A stretch of 38,375 bases of DNA from positions 58,144,541-58,182,915 of the forward strand of contig NC_068990.1 in NCBI RefSeq assembly GCF_001194135.2. The letters run 5' to 3'. The DNA comes from Octopus bimaculoides. Its lineage: Eukaryota. The first letter of the stretch is position 1. The number at the start of each line of letters is the position of its first letter. Shown here piece by piece: positions 11,160 to 23,484 of this stretch. The notes under the pieces are model-generated. The model saw nothing but the letters and a program-made list of their open reading frames with translations. It did no database searches and was not told where the DNA came from. Made by a program: the position numbers and the translations under genes.

Positions 11160-12030
11160 TACGAGGTCTGATCAATAGGTACCCGGACTGTTGCCATAGT
11201 AACGAAACTAAAACACGCAGAGTGAAGCTGCTTGGGACAGATTGACCTTGAACTCTGCTGTGCATGCACACTAGGTTTTAAAATTCCAGCTCACTTCCGC
11301 TGTGTACAACAGTGCTTGGAAGGAAGGTCTGTAGCGTGTGATTGTCGCATTGACCAAGACAGAGGAAGTTGCCATAGCAATACCTGCTCAGAGGCCTATG
11401 CAAAGTTGCAGAAAGTGTTTGGTGAGGAGCGTATGAGCCGCACACAAGTGTACGAGTGTTTCAGACGTTTCCAAGATGGTCGAAAAAATGTCGATTTTGA
11501 CAAACGTTCTAGAAGACCAGCAACCAGTAGAACTGAGAAAAAACTTCGCTGGTGTTAGTGGGGGGGTATCATCGAATCACCATCTGTAAGTTATTGGAGG
11601 ATGTGCTGATTAGTTACGATTCAGTTCAGTCCATTATCACTGAAGATTTGAGTATGAGACGCGTGTCTCCCAAGTTTGTGTCAAAACTGTTTTCGGCTGA
11701 CCAAAAAAACGCTCAGATTTCAGATGCACAAGATCATCTTGATTGTGTCGAGAATGATAAGCACTTTTTGAAAACTTTGAGCAGGTATCGCCAAGCTTTT
11801 GATGCAGATTCTCTGCTCAACTTTTTCTGTCATGGTCAATGCAACGATCACACGCTACACACCTTCCTTCCAAGCACCGTTGTAAACAGCGGAAGTGAGA
11901 TAGAACGTTAAAACTTATTTTGCATGCACAGCAGAGCTCAGGGTCAATTAGTGCCAAGCAGCTTTATAGTGCGTGCTTTAGCTTCGTTACTATAGCAACA
12001 GCCTGGATACTTATTGATCAGACCACGTGT
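11160..12030 (+). mobile_element. Mariner derivative bounded by two inverted 5' ends, with an N-terminal transposase (HTH) remnant
   Basis: TA+cgaggtctgatcaataggtacccggactg at the left. ORFs read TCSEAYAKLQKVFGEERMSRTQVYECFRRFQDGR...RRPATS and ITEDLSMRRVSPKFVSKL. 11777-12028 is the reverse complement of 11161-11390. Confidence 0.88.
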
Positions 12031-12302
12031 ATATATATATCTATACTATATATAAAACAGAGATGTGTGTGTAATCGCTTTCCACGTGAAATCGACTTCA
12101 CTAAATGCTTCCATACTTGTGATGCATGAATAATTTGACCTCGGATAAATGTTAGGCTCTTCATTTGATTTTTTAAATTAAAAATAAATAATATTGCTTT
12201 ATATTTAAGATTCACTTCTTTAAAAAGGTTCCTCAATGTCAACTTCCGGTATTGACGTAACAACAGCAAAAAGCTTCACTCTATATTTTGTGTGTGAGTG
12301 TG

Positions 12303-12336
<34 letters not shown>

Positions 12337-12753
12337 NNNNNNNNNNNNNNNNNNNNNNNNNNNNNNNNNNNNNNNNNNNNNNNNNNNNNNNNNNNNNNNN
12401 NNNNNNNNNNNNNNNNNNNNNNNNNNNNNNNNNNNNNNNNNNNNNNNNNNNNNNNNNNNNNNNNNNNNNNNNNNNNNNNNNNNNNNNNNNNNNNNNNNNN
12501 NNNNNNNNNNNNNNNNNNNNNNNNNNNNNNNNNNNNNNNNNNNNNNNNNNNNNNNNNNNNNNGTCTCTTACAAACACACACATACATAAATGTATACAAA
12601 CATATTTACAAAGACACACGTGTGTATGCGCGCGCGTGCGTGCGTGCGTGGGGGGTTCCACAATCGCCATTTATTTCAATTACTCTTGTAAGGATATTCA
12701 CGTAAATCATTTTTTTCATTTAATCCCAATTTTAATTTTCGTAAAAGTTTCCA

Positions 12754-12938
12754 AGTACCAATGAGGCTTTTTGGCACATCTTCAATTTTCCCCATTCATG
12801 AGAGGCGCACAGCCATCATTCATCTGAAAGTCCATCTACAGAATGTCCTCAAATTTCTATACAGCATAGTTTGCCTTTTTTTCTTCAAGTATATAAGCAA
12901 CAATTTCATTCCCGAGCAACGCCGGGTGCCTCTGCTAG
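12754..12938 (+). mobile_element. Helitron 3' terminus with a RepHel coding remnant
   Basis: STNEAFWHIFNF(fs)PIHERRTAIIHLKVHLQN resembles the Helitron SSNEAVWRIF.FPIHER.P.V.HL.VHL.N motif. Hairpin cccg-agcaacgc-cggg (12911-12926) is followed by CTAG|T (12935-12939), the canonical Helitron 3' signature. Confidence 0.85.
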
Positions 12939-12969
<31 letters not shown>

Positions 12970-14439
12970 ATTGTATATACAGATAGTACATATACAGATA
13001 GTATATATATATAACAACAACGAGGGCAATAACAAAAACACCTACTACTATGATGGCAGCAGAGTGGGTGAACACACACGCACTAACACAGAGAGATACA
13101 AGAACTGTACCAAACTTCGGGTCCTAGAACAGCAGCAGCGACAACGGGTGAGAGTATGGAGCTGAGAGGAAGGTCATAGTGCTACTAAGAACAATCACAC
13201 GCACATACATATACACACACACACACTCACACGCACGCGGGTGCAAACGCATGTACATATAAGAATACACAATATAGAAGAACAGAATGAAATAATAATT
13301 GGGACAAGAACACACACGGAGACGGAGAGTGTCGCTGAAGAGGTCACACATGTGTAACGAAAGACTTCCAGAGAATAGACATGAGTTAGAATAAAAACAG
13401 TAATAAACGAGTGATGAATAAATATATAGTGCATGTGTTTGTTTGGGAAAAGACAAAATGAAAAATTACTTTCCCGAAATACAATACAGACTCACATATA
13501 CGTAGAGAGAGAGAGAGAGAGAGAGAGAGGTATATTAATGTGTGTATGTGTGAGCGTGTGTAAATGCATGTATATCTATAGGTATGAGCACAAATATGCT
13601 TGTGTACTTCTTTATTTGTGCGTGTGAGTACGCATACAGGAATATATCGATATGTATGTGTATGTAAGCTTGTGTTGGCGTATGTGTGTGAGCATATAGC
13701 TAGCATCATTATATTCGCTTAGTATTTTCAATAATTATTTTACATATGATGAGAGCGAACCCATAGCCATCAACTAACACAAGAAGTGTAGATTTTTTCT
13801 TTCTTTTTTTTTGTTGTTCTTTGATAAACTATCCATTTTACGTACTGATAGTTCACACTCAAGCTTCATTCGAACTCTATATATGTATAATAACGTGCGT
13901 GAGTGTCTAAGTGTATGTTTGTGTGCGTGCATGACTTTCTACGCTGTTAATTTATGCACGTCTTTGTCGCAAATCACACTTTTATATGTTATATTAGCCT
14001 TGTGTTACATATTTATAAATGTAAATGTGTTACAAATATATGGTATGACGCTTATTGTATAAAGACCTCTAAACAGACTGCCGGTGTCCATAGCACTTTA
14101 ATGTCTGCCTATCTCTACCATACCATTTATAACATTTATGTAAATGTATGTCTATAGCCATTTTGATGCCAGCTCACATGTTTACTATGGAATATATATT
14201 TATTCTTGCAAACATTGTTTGTCCTAAAAGACTCTATTATTCTTTCTTTCTACATCCTTTCACAGAAAGGAAAGAGTGACTTACTTAATCTTCAAGATTA
14301 TCATTCCTAATGCTTCGAATGTCAATTTTAACAAACTACTTTATAGCTTATTACTCTGTAACGTGTTTACCAAATTAGTGAGTGGCATTGTATTTAGTTT
14401 CCAGGCAATCTCACCTTATACTCCACGCCAGCAAGAACA

Positions 14440-14600
14440 CTCACATACATACATATAAGCATACATAAATACATACATACATATAAACTCACACAGATAC
14501 ATACATACATAAATACATACACACATACATACATACATACATACACACATACATACGTACATACATACATACATACATACATACATGCATGTACGCATGC
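14440..14600. repeat. (CATA)n microsatellite
   Basis: Directly visible. Confidence 0.95.
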
Positions 14601-15162
14601 ATGCATCCAAGCACTCATGCATACACATACACGCCACAAACAAAGTACAGAAATGCTTTCTTCATTAACGGGGATAGTTAGTTCCAAAATTGATATATTT
14701 TAGCATTGTTGTTAATTTTCTTAATTAGTTCATTTCTAGGCAGATTGGTAAAAGCATGCCGTCCCCACCCCAACACACACTTTCTCTTTTAACCCTCGCT
14801 TTCATAGCCCTTCTCTCTTTCTCTCTCACAGTCTCTCTCCCCTTTTCTTTCTCTCTCTCTCCCTCTCTTTTCCTCTCTCTTCCACTAAACTAGATTATAG
14901 CATTCACGTAGCGCAGGTTTTGCCCTCACTATAGCAATCATGACATCATTCTTTCTGATTAGTGTGAAAGAGCTGTGGTATTCTGTGTAATTAGCAAGTT
15001 GTTGGTATTTACGGTATTTTAACTACATTTCCCAAAGACACTGTGTGCAGCTAAGCGAAGGGGAATCGCTGCTGACCAACGCCAGTATTGAACACCGATA
15101 CTTTTGACTCGGCTGACCGACACTTTAACGACTAATTCCAGCTGACACCATTCTGATACACA

Positions 15163-15164
15163 AG

Positions 15165-15210
<46 letters not shown>

Positions 15211-15645
15211 GATGATGACGACGACATTATTTATGACGATGATAATGCTGATGGTGATGACGATGATGACGAAGACTATGACAATAATAATGGTGAAAAC
15301 GACGACGATGATAATCGTGATGATGATGATGATGATGATGCTGATGATGACAACGACGACGACAACGATGACTATGATGATGATGACAATTATCATGATC
15401 ATCGTGAAGACGACGACGATAACAATGGCAACGATGATGATGATGACGTTGAGGAGGATGATGAGGATAATGAGGAGGAGGAGGGATGATAGTGATCGTG
15501 AGGGTGATGATGATGTTGATCATGATGATGCTAAAGAGGAAAGAGAGTAGAGTGAGGAGGATATCTATGTTGAGGATAACGAGCTGTATGACGACGATGA
15601 CAACGATGGCAGCCACGACGACGGCGATGACGATGATGAAACGTC
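15163..15645. repeat. Degenerate (GAT/GAC)n trinucleotide array
   Basis: Directly visible; source of the poly-M/T and poly-I/V ORFs. Confidence 0.95.
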
Positions 15646-15830
15646 ATAAACATTTTCTCCTGGCAGGCAGCTGGATACGTAAAGTGTGTGGTGACTGGTT
15701 CTTTCTTGTTCAGTCTAGCTGAATGGGGGTTGAGTCGACTACGTCGAGAATTATAGTAATTTAAAAGCCGGCGAGAGCAAAGCCAAGTTCGTTGTGTCAG
15801 CAGGCCGTTTTAATAGAATTTCCCTCTTAC

Positions 15831-15988
15831 GTTGTCTAATTGACACCGGACAAATATGTTAAATGAACCCTGAGCCATTAATTGAGATTGATCCGGATTT
15901 GTGTGTTCTAAAAGCCCCCTAGAAGACTTTCCGTCAGGATGCTCTGATATGCCAAGATTCGCAGCAGCGGTGTATGTAACGTCTGCAG
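15831..15988 (-). CDS. Candidate internal coding exon of an unidentified host gene (158 bp, phase 1 to phase 0)
   Basis: Reverse strand: pyrimidine-rich ttttgttttgttatatcctcttcttcgatccgctgcaatCAG| acceptor, open frame ADVTYTAAANLGISEHPDGKSSRGLLEHTNPDQSQLMAQGSFNIFVRCQLDN, then donor AAC|GTAAGA. Non-repetitive sequence; protein not recognised. Confidence 0.45.
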
Positions 15989-16488
15989 CTGATTGCAGCG
16001 GATCGAAGAAGAGGATATAACAAAACAAAAACCGAACGAAATTTGTGTCGGTGAGGGAAAACAAACGACGATAGGAAAAAAAAAAAAAGAGACAGACAGA
16101 CANNNNNNNNNNTATGAAAATAAGGCCCACAGAAAAAAATAAAGTAGAGACAAAAAAATGAGGAAAGATAAAAGGAATAAGATAATTAGAAGATAATGTT
16201 AAATGATCACACGGTATTTCCTGTTACGAATTTCCGAATTGGCGAACAAGTTGGATTCCGAGTTGAGAAAAATAGATTCAAGCGTGTGTTTTCCACCGAG
16301 TTTGCATTCATCGGAGACACGTACATATTATCCCCTTATATGTAGGTGTACACCTATGTATATATGTGCGTATGTATGTGTATGTGTGTATATGCATTCA
16401 CACACACAAATATAGACGCACATATACACGCAGAAACACACACAAACGTGCAGAAACACAAGCGTCTCATAGTGCTTCTACATACATG

Positions 16489-16521
<33 letters not shown>

Positions 16522-16640
16522 ATATATATATATGAGTATATATGTATATATATGTATATATATGTATGTCTATGTATGTATGTATGTATGTATGTATGTG
16601 TGCATGTATGTGTACATACACATATATGCATGTGTGTATA

Positions 16641-16696
16641 CCAGCATGACCGCACCCACTTGGCTGAAACACATAAATAAATAAATAAATAAATAA

Positions 16697-16700
<4 letters not shown>
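16641..16700 (+). mobile_element. Ultra-short 3'-end copy of the LINE at 6791-8093 with a (TAAA)n tail
   Basis: ccagcatgaccgcacccacttggctgaaacacataaataaataaat vs ccagcacgaccgctgtcacttggctgaaacgcataaataaaat at 8032-8073. Confidence 0.75.
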
Positions 16701-16790
<90 letters not shown>

Positions 16791-17017
16791 TTGTATGGTG
16801 GTATATATATATATATACATATATGATAGGATGCATATATATATATAAATATGTACATATATATCTAAATCTATATCTATATATTACTGTATCAATATAT
16901 ACATATATTTATTAATTTATTCACGCGTACACATTAACACACATGCACACACAGCGCGCGCAAACACACATAAACACATACACACACGCATAAACACACA
17001 CACACACACACACAAAT

Positions 17018-17087
<70 letters not shown>

Positions 17088-17090
17088 ACA
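16675..17090. repeat. Cluster of (TAAA)n, (TA)n and (CA)n microsatellites
   Basis: Directly visible. Confidence 0.95.
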
Positions 17091-17409
17091 TGATCACGCT
17101 CATTTGATGCTGTCAATCGGTGGACATCATGATTACCGGATTGGATTAGTTATCCGACAGCCTCGAGGCATCTCTTTGAATGTGTCAATATACGTAAGCG
17201 ACTTGCAAGAGATTGTTTTTTAAGCGTTGCTAACTTTTTGCAAAATAACCAATGATATTCTCTTGGGGGAGCCGAAACATCTCCCTTTCCCCGATGGATA
17301 AGAACCAGCTAAGACGGGTATTAACGTTTCTGCGTGGCACGTTTTATCTTAGAATTTTTCTCCCGGACCAGTTGGGTGTAACGTGAGGCTGTACAGAGTA
17401 CAGTAGACA

Positions 17410-17677
17410 AATAGGTTCTAAACCGGGGGTCCATACGATCCTTGGGGGCCGTATGACCTGTTTAGGGTCCTTATAAGATTCTATTGTTAAAAAATTATGT
17501 GGAATAAATTGCTTCTACAATACACAAATCATTTCAATTATTTACACAATTCCTAATAATATTTAATTATGAAAATACGGTAGAATTATTTCAAATACGT
17601 TGAATGACTATAGTTGATCAGGTGAGTAAAGTAAGAATCAAGGCGGTCCATAGGTATAAAATGGTTGAGAACCACTA
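17410..17677. mobile_element. hAT (Charlie-like) MITE
   Basis: Imperfect TIRs aataggttctaaacc / ggttgagaaccacta resemble the cagtggttctcaac ends of hAT-Charlie elements; subterminal ggggtccat motifs. No 8-bp TSD match found. Confidence 0.65.
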
Positions 17678-17928
17678 AGGTAAAGTATGCAAAACAGTGG
17701 TGGGGTGTAACACTTTCAGGCATTATACAAGTCACCTATACCTGGATACATTTCAGTCGACATCAACAATCTACTTCAATGGGCCATAATACCACAAAAC
17801 TTGACATAAGAATGATACAGCAGATACTATAAGGTGGACTTAATAAACTAGATATGGCCTGGTCCAATCTTTGGTCGAAACATATTTAAGTTATCTAAAT
17901 TATATCACATTATTATTTTTCATGCAGA

Positions 17929-18025
17929 CGCAGGTGTGCTGTGTGGTGAGAAGTTTACGTCCCAACCACATGGTTGCAAGTTCAGTCCAACTGCAAGGCA
18001 TCTTGGGCAAGTGGTTTCTACCATA
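17929..18025 (+). mobile_element. tRNA-like head of a SINE (family of 32976-33375), 3'-truncated
   Basis: gctgtgtggtgagaag...ccaaccacatggttgcaagttcagtccaactgc matches the reverse complement of 33300-33370. Confidence 0.8.
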
Positions 18026-18031
18026 TATAAA

Positions 18032-18230
18032 GAAGGTGAGATGTCAGAATTGTTAACATGCCGGACAGAACGCATAGCGTCATTTCGTCCACCTTTACGT
18101 TCTGAGTTCAAATGCTACGGAGTCGACTTTGCTTCTCATCCTTTCGGTGTCGATGAGAAAAAATAAGTACCACCTGAGATCTGGAGCTAAAGTTCCCTGA
18201 AATTGGTGGCCTTGCACTGAATTTTGAAAC
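18032..18230 (+). mobile_element. tRNA-derived SINE, second family
   Basis: ggtgagatgtcagaattgttaaca...ttctgagttcaaat...aaataagtacca matches 10718-10914. Confidence 0.8.
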
Positions 18231-18357
18231 ATATGTATATGTGTGTGTGTGTGTGGACTCCCGCACGCATGAGACACATCGCAGAAATATATTTTTATGT
18301 ATGTATGTATGTATGTATGTATATATGTATGTATGTATGTATATATATGTATGTATG

Positions 18358-18439
<82 letters not shown>

Positions 18440-18512
18440 TGTATAAATCTACTTGGAAATGGATGCGTGGCGTTCAATTAAATAATAATATAGATAATAT
18501 AGATATTTATAT

Positions 18513-18775
18513 GCATATATGGCTATAAGATGTCACCTTCTGTGTAAACAACACGAAGTACGAAAACAAACGAGTTAAATACGCAAACAACGAGAGAGAA
18601 AAATGAAAAACAGGACAAGTAACACAGAGAACGACCCTTCATCAGTTGTCGGCTGTGTATCTACTTCTCATTTCGAGCATTCCATTTCTTTGTCTCGTTA
18701 TTTGAGTATTTAACTCGTTTGTTTTCGTACTTCATGCTGTTTACACAGTTGGTGACGTCCTGGACCCATATATGC
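18513..18775. mobile_element. Complete foldback/MITE: ~95-bp inverted arms around a ~70-bp core
   Basis: Left arm gcatatatgg...tgtgtaaacaacacgaagtacgaaaacaaacgagttaaatacgcaaacaacgaga vs the reverse complement of the right arm gcatatatgg...tgtgtaaacagcatgaagtacgaaaacaaacgagttaaatactcaaataacgaga. TA-rich flanks. Confidence 0.88.
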
Positions 18776-18913
18776 AATATATATATATTATTTATATTAT
18801 ATATGTGTGTGTATGTGCATATATATATATATATGTATGTATATATAGGCGGGGTATGTATTTCCGCATCCATGCACATGTACAGACATGATTGTATACC
18901 TACATGTATATAC

Positions 18914-18954
<41 letters not shown>

Positions 18955-19392
18955 NNNNNNNNNNNNNNNNNNNNNNNNNNNNNNNNNNNNNNNNNNNNNN
19001 NNNNNNNNNNNNNNNNNNNNNNNNNNNNNNNNNNNNNNNNNNNNNNNNNNNNNNNNNNNNNNNNNNNNNNNNNNNNNNNNNNNNNNNNNNNNNNNNNNNN
19101 NNNNNNNNNNNNNNNNNNNNNNNNNNNNNNNNNNNNNNNNNNNNNNNNNNNNNNNNNNNNNNNNNNNNNNNNNNNNNNNNNNNNNNNNNNNNNNNNNNNN
19201 NNNNNNNNNNNNNNNNNNNNNNNNNNNNNNNNNNNNNNNNNNNNNNNNNNNNNNNNNNNNNNNNNNNNNNNNNNNNNNNNNNNNNNNNNNNNNNNNNNNN
19301 NNNNNNNNNNNNNNNNNNNNNNNNNNNNNNNNNNNNNNNNNNNNNNNNNNNNNNNNNNNNNNNNNNNNNNNNNNNNNNNNNNNNNNNNNNNN

Positions 19393-19432
<40 letters not shown>

Positions 19433-20175
19433 CTGGAGCTTATATATATACAATTATTTAATGCACACAGTATACATTAAATGATATTTATCTCTCGGTA
19501 AATGGAGTACATTTTGTTGATCTTACCTTAACGGAAAAGTAAACCATATGTGTGTGTGTGTGTGTGTACAAACATATATACATACATACTTAGATACATA
19601 CATAGATACATACGTACAGATATACATACATATTCATATATAATTCTGTAGATGTATGTATGTATGTATATATGTATGTATGTATATATGTATGTATGTA
19701 TGTATTCACACATACACTTACACACATATTACATACATATCTACATATGCAGATTTTCTTAATATGACTACATCCGATATTCATCTTTTTCTGATTAATT
19801 TCCAATTTGTTTTCGAGCCGTCTCAGACGAATTTAACGAATCGAGATATGGCTTGTCTGTCTAGTCAATACATAAATTGCTAACGAGTATTTCAAATTAT
19901 CTAACTTAATATATTTTTCAGTAGAGCTTTTCGAAATAATTATCACTAACTTATGGAGACAGGACAGATATTTTCGGTTGCATACAAACATACAGCTTTC
20001 TAACTTTCCTTTGCATATCTGTTCATTCTCTGACTGATTCTTATTTACTGTACAGGTTCGTGGAAATCTATTTTACACAGAAATCCGTAATCTATTCGGT
20101 TGTAACTTGAATCAGTCACTAAAATATGAAAAATATCCAAGAAGTAGATAACAGAAATTAAATCTTCTATCGTTC

Positions 20176-20400
20176 ATCTACTTGTTGCGGTCATTAGACT
20201 GCGTCGATGCTGGGGCACCGCCTTGAAGAATCTTAGTTGAAGGAATCGACTCCAGTACATATCTTTAAGCATGGCATTTCTATCATGAATTTTTGCAGAA
20301 ACGCTAAGTTACGGGACATAAACAAACCGACGCCGGTTGTCAAGTTGTGAACGGACAGGCACAAACACAAGTACAAAGACACACACATGTATACATAGAA
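20176..20400 (-). mobile_element. Diverged 3' half of the SINE family of 32976-33375
   Basis: atcgactccag...cgctaagttacgg.ac.taaaca.acc....ggttgtcaag matches 33001-33110 and 3810-3960. Confidence 0.75.
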
Positions 20401-21753
20401 GCATACATGCTTAAATACATGCATCAAGAATCTTGATGTGAATTCATATGTTGAAACAAACCTTGTGTCTTGGGAGGGTCATCATGCCAAAGATAATAAC
20501 ACACGCATTGGTATGTTGTCATCTTTGACGCACTGACCCTCCTAAAACACAACAAAACATTTTTCTTTTTATCTTTCTTGTCAAAGTTTAGTGTTTCCCA
20601 TTTCGTCTCAGTGCAATATATTGTCCTTTTCGTTGTTTTCTTGTTTTCCTTCTGTTTTTGTTTGACAGCTACTCCAGATTTTTCCAAAATACTGTGGCGG
20701 CTTTACAGAACATTGCTAAAATCATACTAGAAATCGTAAATGAAGGAAAACATATCATTAACACGCTATAAGACCAAAGATATATACAAGTTATGCTTTC
20801 CGAAATCCTTGCTATTTTATTAATCTATATACTGATCTGTTTATTTCATATTTCACGTCAACTCTTATCTCTAAAATCTTTATGAAATCAGGTTTTTATC
20901 TCCTCAATCATAACAATAAGACACTTTAGGTCATTATATCACGTACAAAGTTATGAATTGGTCGATAGTTATTGTCTAATTTCAAATCAAGACATTGCCG
21001 ATATAGCATCATTTAGTATAAATTATATAAATTATATTCCAATAACATTTCAATGTTCAAAATTTCAACATATTTCTCATGTTGAATTATATATAGATCA
21101 CAATATACGGGTTAGTTTGTTTTGTAGGCGTATTTCTTTGTATTAATACCTACCTCGATTTTTTACATGTAGTTTTCTTGTGACAGGCTATTCAAGCTGT
21201 TTCGTGTTGGAGATGTATATACTATTAATTCACTAAATTTACTGAGGAATTTATGTACGGTTTTGTACGTGTTCTTACATCGACATATATGTATATATAT
21301 ATATATATGTATGTATATATACACACACACACACACATTNNNNNNNNNNNNNNNNNNNNNNNNNNNNNNNNNNNNNNNNNNNNNNNNNNNNNNNNNNNNN
21401 NNNNNNNNNNNNNNNNNNNNNNNNNNNNNNNNNNNNNNNNNNNNNNNNNNNNNNNNNNNNNNNNNNNNNNNNNNNNNNNNNNNNNNNNNNNNNNNNNNNN
21501 NNNNNNNNNNNNNNNNNNNNNNNNNNNNNNNNNNNNNNNNNNNNNNNNNNNNNNNNNNNNNNNNNNNNNNNNNNNNNNNNNNNNNNNNNNNNNNNNNNNN
21601 NNNNNNNNNNNNNNNNNNNNNNNNNNNNNNNNNNNNNNNNNNNNNNNNNNNNNNNNNNNNNNNNNNNNNNNNNNNNNNNNNNNNNNNNNNNNNNNNNNNN
21701 NNNNNNNNNNNNNNNNNNNNNNNNNNNNNNNNNNNNNNNNNNNNNNNNNNNNN

Positions 21754-21798
<45 letters not shown>

Positions 21799-22329
21799 GT
21801 ATGTATATATACACACACACACACACATTCCCACACACATAAAAGCAAAGACACACACTCGTATACATACATATGTGTATGTGTATGTGTGTGTGTGTGT
21901 GTCTGTGTCTGTGTCTGTGTCTGTGTTTGTGTCTGTGTGTGCATAAACCTGTAGTGCTACATCGACGGAGATTGCACCGCAGATAACCAATATTTAGGAC
22001 TCCGTGTAAATCTTTATACATCGAAATTTGAATCGATTATTAAATGTTTCCCTGTCGCTAATTGGTAGCTTCTGAAATATCACTTCCTTCTACCTGTTCG
22101 TACCTCCTAACTCAGCTTTACTTCTCTTAGCATAGTACCGCTTCTCACCGTCCTACTACGGCGTCAACCGGTTATCTCTCTGTACTCCACGACAACTATG
22201 CTGCCTGAGATACACCAATACCTTAAATGTTATTTGTCTTCGTATTTCCGATTGACATTTTATGCTTTCGAATAATTTGAAGAATGTATATCTAAGAGTA
22301 ATACAGAACAGTTTGCACTGTGGGGTAAT

Positions 22330-23453
22330 CTATGTGTTCCAACAGGCAGCACATTATCACTATCTCACTATTACCTGTTAAGCGAGAATATATGAACAAC
22401 AATAGCAATATCAACTGCAACGACCACAGTGACGATGAAACAATACTTCTACAACCACTCCCACAACCAATGCCGACTGAAACAACACAAACAACAGCAT
22501 CAATGAACATGGAAAACTGAAGGAAGGAAAATTAAATCGATTCAGCGCACTAAAAAAAAGTAAGCTTGCCCAACCATACAACACCAACACCACCAGCATT
22601 GATAACCACAAAACAAAGAAAAAAATCAGGTCATCGGAATGAAGAAATCAAAATTTATCGAGTTCTCTAATGCTCTGCGACAGGAAGATGTAATCAAATT
22701 AACGTCTCAAGAATTAAAGAAAGAGCTGCTAAAAAAACTTTACATCATCCGGCCGAAACTTAGAATTAGACATTCTAGAATCCACTCGACAAGAATCCAA
22801 TCTAAAATCTAACTTATAGTATGATAGAAATATAACTTCGAAAATAGAACAAGCAACACAGCAGCAAATAGAAAAGTTCCTCAGACCGAACTTGGGTATC
22901 AAAACTTATATTGCTAAGGAAGAAAATACAGTACAGTAAAGGAAAGATTTCCGACAGAGGATCAGGCCAAGAAGCACTCTACAATAACGTTAATAAATGT
23001 GAACTTGTCCTCTTCAAATCCATGTTGGTCGTAATCTTGTAAGAATACAGATTATCGGTATTCTCCCTGAAACAAACATCTCCGGTCCGGAGGTGACAGT
23101 TCTCTTCATGAGCATTAAAATTCTACAGGTCCAGAGCCCGCCGAAGCAATATTCATTGGGCCAAAGGATGGAGCTATTGGTCCAAATGAATTAAAGGGTA
23201 TGGAAGCGATCCTGGACTTAATCACTCTGCCAAACAGCTTAAAATTCTGCATCAAACAAAGCCAAAGTGTCACTTGTGTGGTGATGCAAACCATCTCAAG
23301 CCTTTCTATCTACAACAAAGAAGGAGAGAAGCACTCCACTTCTACTGACAGCAGCAAAAGCACCAACAGCATGAAGAGTAACAGCCGCTTCAGTGGAACA
23401 GCAACAATAACAGCAACTGTAACGTCGAGTCTAACTTCCGCGGGAGCAGCAGT

Positions 23454-23484
<31 letters not shown>

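Noticed and set aside
17290-17390. Possible minus-strand exon SRYTQLVREKNSKIKRATQK upstream of the 15.9-kb candidate
   Set aside because: The acceptor is plausible but the donor (GTTAAT) is poor, and such a short frame is expected by chance.
17929-18000. tRNA genes at the A/B-box motifs (also 10718, 33300-33375, 37400-37468)
   Set aside because: No full cloverleaf can be drawn and each continues into a repeated SINE body.
18590-18680. CTGATGA and an upstream CGAAA on the minus strand of the MITE core as a permuted hammerhead
   Set aside because: A stem II-like pairing can be drawn, but stems I and III cannot be formed around a valid cleavage triplet.
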